Shown one piece after another: positions 62,947-64,000 of a stretch of 64,000 nt of DNA. The DNA is taken from the NCBI GenBank assembly GCA_902615845.1, contig CACMQS010000006.1, positions 23,678 through 87,677 on the forward strand. The letters are read 5' to 3'. Positions within the stretch are counted from its first letter, which is position 1. Each line of letters starts with the position of its first letter. The translations under genes and the position numbers were made by a program. The notes under the pieces were generated by a model. The model did not search any database and had not been told where the DNA came from. It worked only from the letters and a program-made list of their open reading frames with translations. This DNA comes from an uncultured Alphaproteobacteria bacterium. Its GTDB lineage: Bacteria > Pseudomonadota > Alphaproteobacteria > HIMB59 > GCA-002718135.

Positions 62947-64000
62947 TCAAATGGTCAAACTTGCTGATATATTAATCAATAAAGACGGGTAAAATATAAA
63001 ACAAATAATTACAAACAAACTTAAGGACAGAATAATTTTTGATTGAAAAGAAATTTGAAAATTAATTATTCCTTCACTTATACTTTCATCAAAATACATT
63101 ATCTTAATAATTCTCAAATAATAAAAAGCAGAAATAACACTAGCTAGGACGCCAAGAACTGAAAGCACATATAATTCTTGTTCAATTGCAGCAATGAAAA
63201 CATAAAACTTTCCAAAAAATCCTATAAAGGGTGGGATGCCAGCCATTGATAGCATTATTATTGAAATAGAAAGACTAACGATTGGATTACTTTTACTTAA
63301 CCCTTTTAAATCACTTATATTAATTAAATATTCATTTTTAACTTTTAACGAAAGTAAAATAGCAAAAATAGCAACATTCATTATCATGTATGAAAACATA
63401 TAAATTGATGCTGCTTTAATTCCATCATCATTTGCGGCAACTAAAGCTATTAAGATATAACCTATATGTCCAATAGAACTATAAGCTAATAATCTCTTGA
63501 TATTTGACTGTGCTATAGCCGCTATAGCTCCAAGAAACATTGAGGCTATTGATAAAAATAAAATTATTTGACTCCATTCTAAGTAAAAATTTTCAAATGG
63601 AACTAAGCAAAAACGATAAATTAAAGCTACTGCAGCAATCTTAGGGACAATAGCAAAAAAACCTGTAATTGAGTTTGGAGCCCCTTCATAAACATCAGGA
63701 GTCCACATATGGAAAGGTACGGCTGAAACCTTAAAAGCCAAGCCTACCATCACAAATACAAGCCCAAATATTAGACCTAAATTTAAATTATCATATTTTG
63801 ATAAATAGAAACTTATCTCATTAAAATTCATTGAACCAGTAAATCCATAAATTAAGGAGAAGCCGTATAAAAGTATACCCGAAGATAATGCTCCTAAAAT
63901 AAAGTATTTTACTCCTGACTCAGCTGATGAGATTGAATCTCTTTTTATTGCTGCAACAACGTATAGAGATAAACTTTGAAGTTCTATTGCTAGATACATG
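62947..64000 (-). CDS. nuoN: NADH-quinone oxidoreductase subunit N (C-terminal ~350 codons; N-terminus lies beyond the right edge)
   Basis: Polytopic antiporter-like protein with FHMWTPDVYEGAP and the LLAYSSIGHIGY motif. The frame is open to the window edge. Confidence 0.92.
   Translation of the reverse strand, partial: MYLAIELQSLSLYVVAAIKRDSISSAESGVKYFILGALSSGILLYGFSLIYGFTGSMNFNEISFYLSKYDNLNLGLIFGLVFVMVGLAFKVSAVPFHMWTPDVYEGAPNSITGFFAIVPKIAAVALIYRFCLVPFENFYLEWSQIILFLSIASMFLGAIAAIAQSNIKRLLAYSSIGHIGYILIALVAANDDGIKAASIYMFSYMIMNVAIFAILLSLKVKNEYLINISDLKGLSKSNPIVSLSISIIMLSMAGIPPFIGFFGKFYVFIAAIEQELYVLSVLGVLASVISAFYYLRIIKIMYFDESISEGIINFQISFQSKIILSLSLFVIICFIFYPSLLINISASLTI

Overview
This window looks like very AT-rich, extremely compact core chromosome of a streamlined marine alphaproteobacterium. 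I infer SAR11 / Candidatus Pelagibacter-like from composition, gene order and near-absent intergenic DNA, not from any search. I can support 63 protein-coding genes, two of them truncated at the window edges. Almost all are recognisable housekeeping genes in classic alphaproteobacterial syntenic blocks:
- gatCA / ruvX-pyrB-plsY-topA
- ntrYX-trkA
- ispDF-pgpA
- lipA and pdhABC, ftsB-eno-kdsA-pyrG-secG-tpiA
- ppiD-like, trpEGDC-moaC, lexA, gltX-gltA
- lpxB-lpxI-lpxA-fabZ-lpxD-skp-bamA-dxr-cdsA-uppS-frr-pyrH-tsf-rpsB
- dnaE-lolDC-proS-rnj-coaX-birA-nuoN

Neighbouring genes usually overlap by 1-26 nt, and the largest non-coding gap is about 98 nt. Several genes must use TTG or GTG starts (gatC, MFS, lpxB, ntrY, uppS). 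I see no rRNA, tRNA, CRISPR array, IS or transposon, prophage block, or multi-gene defence or secondary-metabolite system, and I do not claim a novel system.

The observations worth a second look are small-scale:
- an in-frame 77-codon basic extension on pyrB with an integrase-arm-like motif
- GC-cored or perfect palindromes abutting the topA and gltX start codons
- a structured rpsB leader with a duplicated 8-mer
- tandem alphaproteobacterial SOS boxes at lexA
- an orphan 75-codon ORF
- an NtrX with a degenerate AAA+ module
- a (TTA)9 microsatellite in the bamA signal peptide
- apparent absence of rseP, dprA and a pyrC-like gene from otherwise conserved clusters
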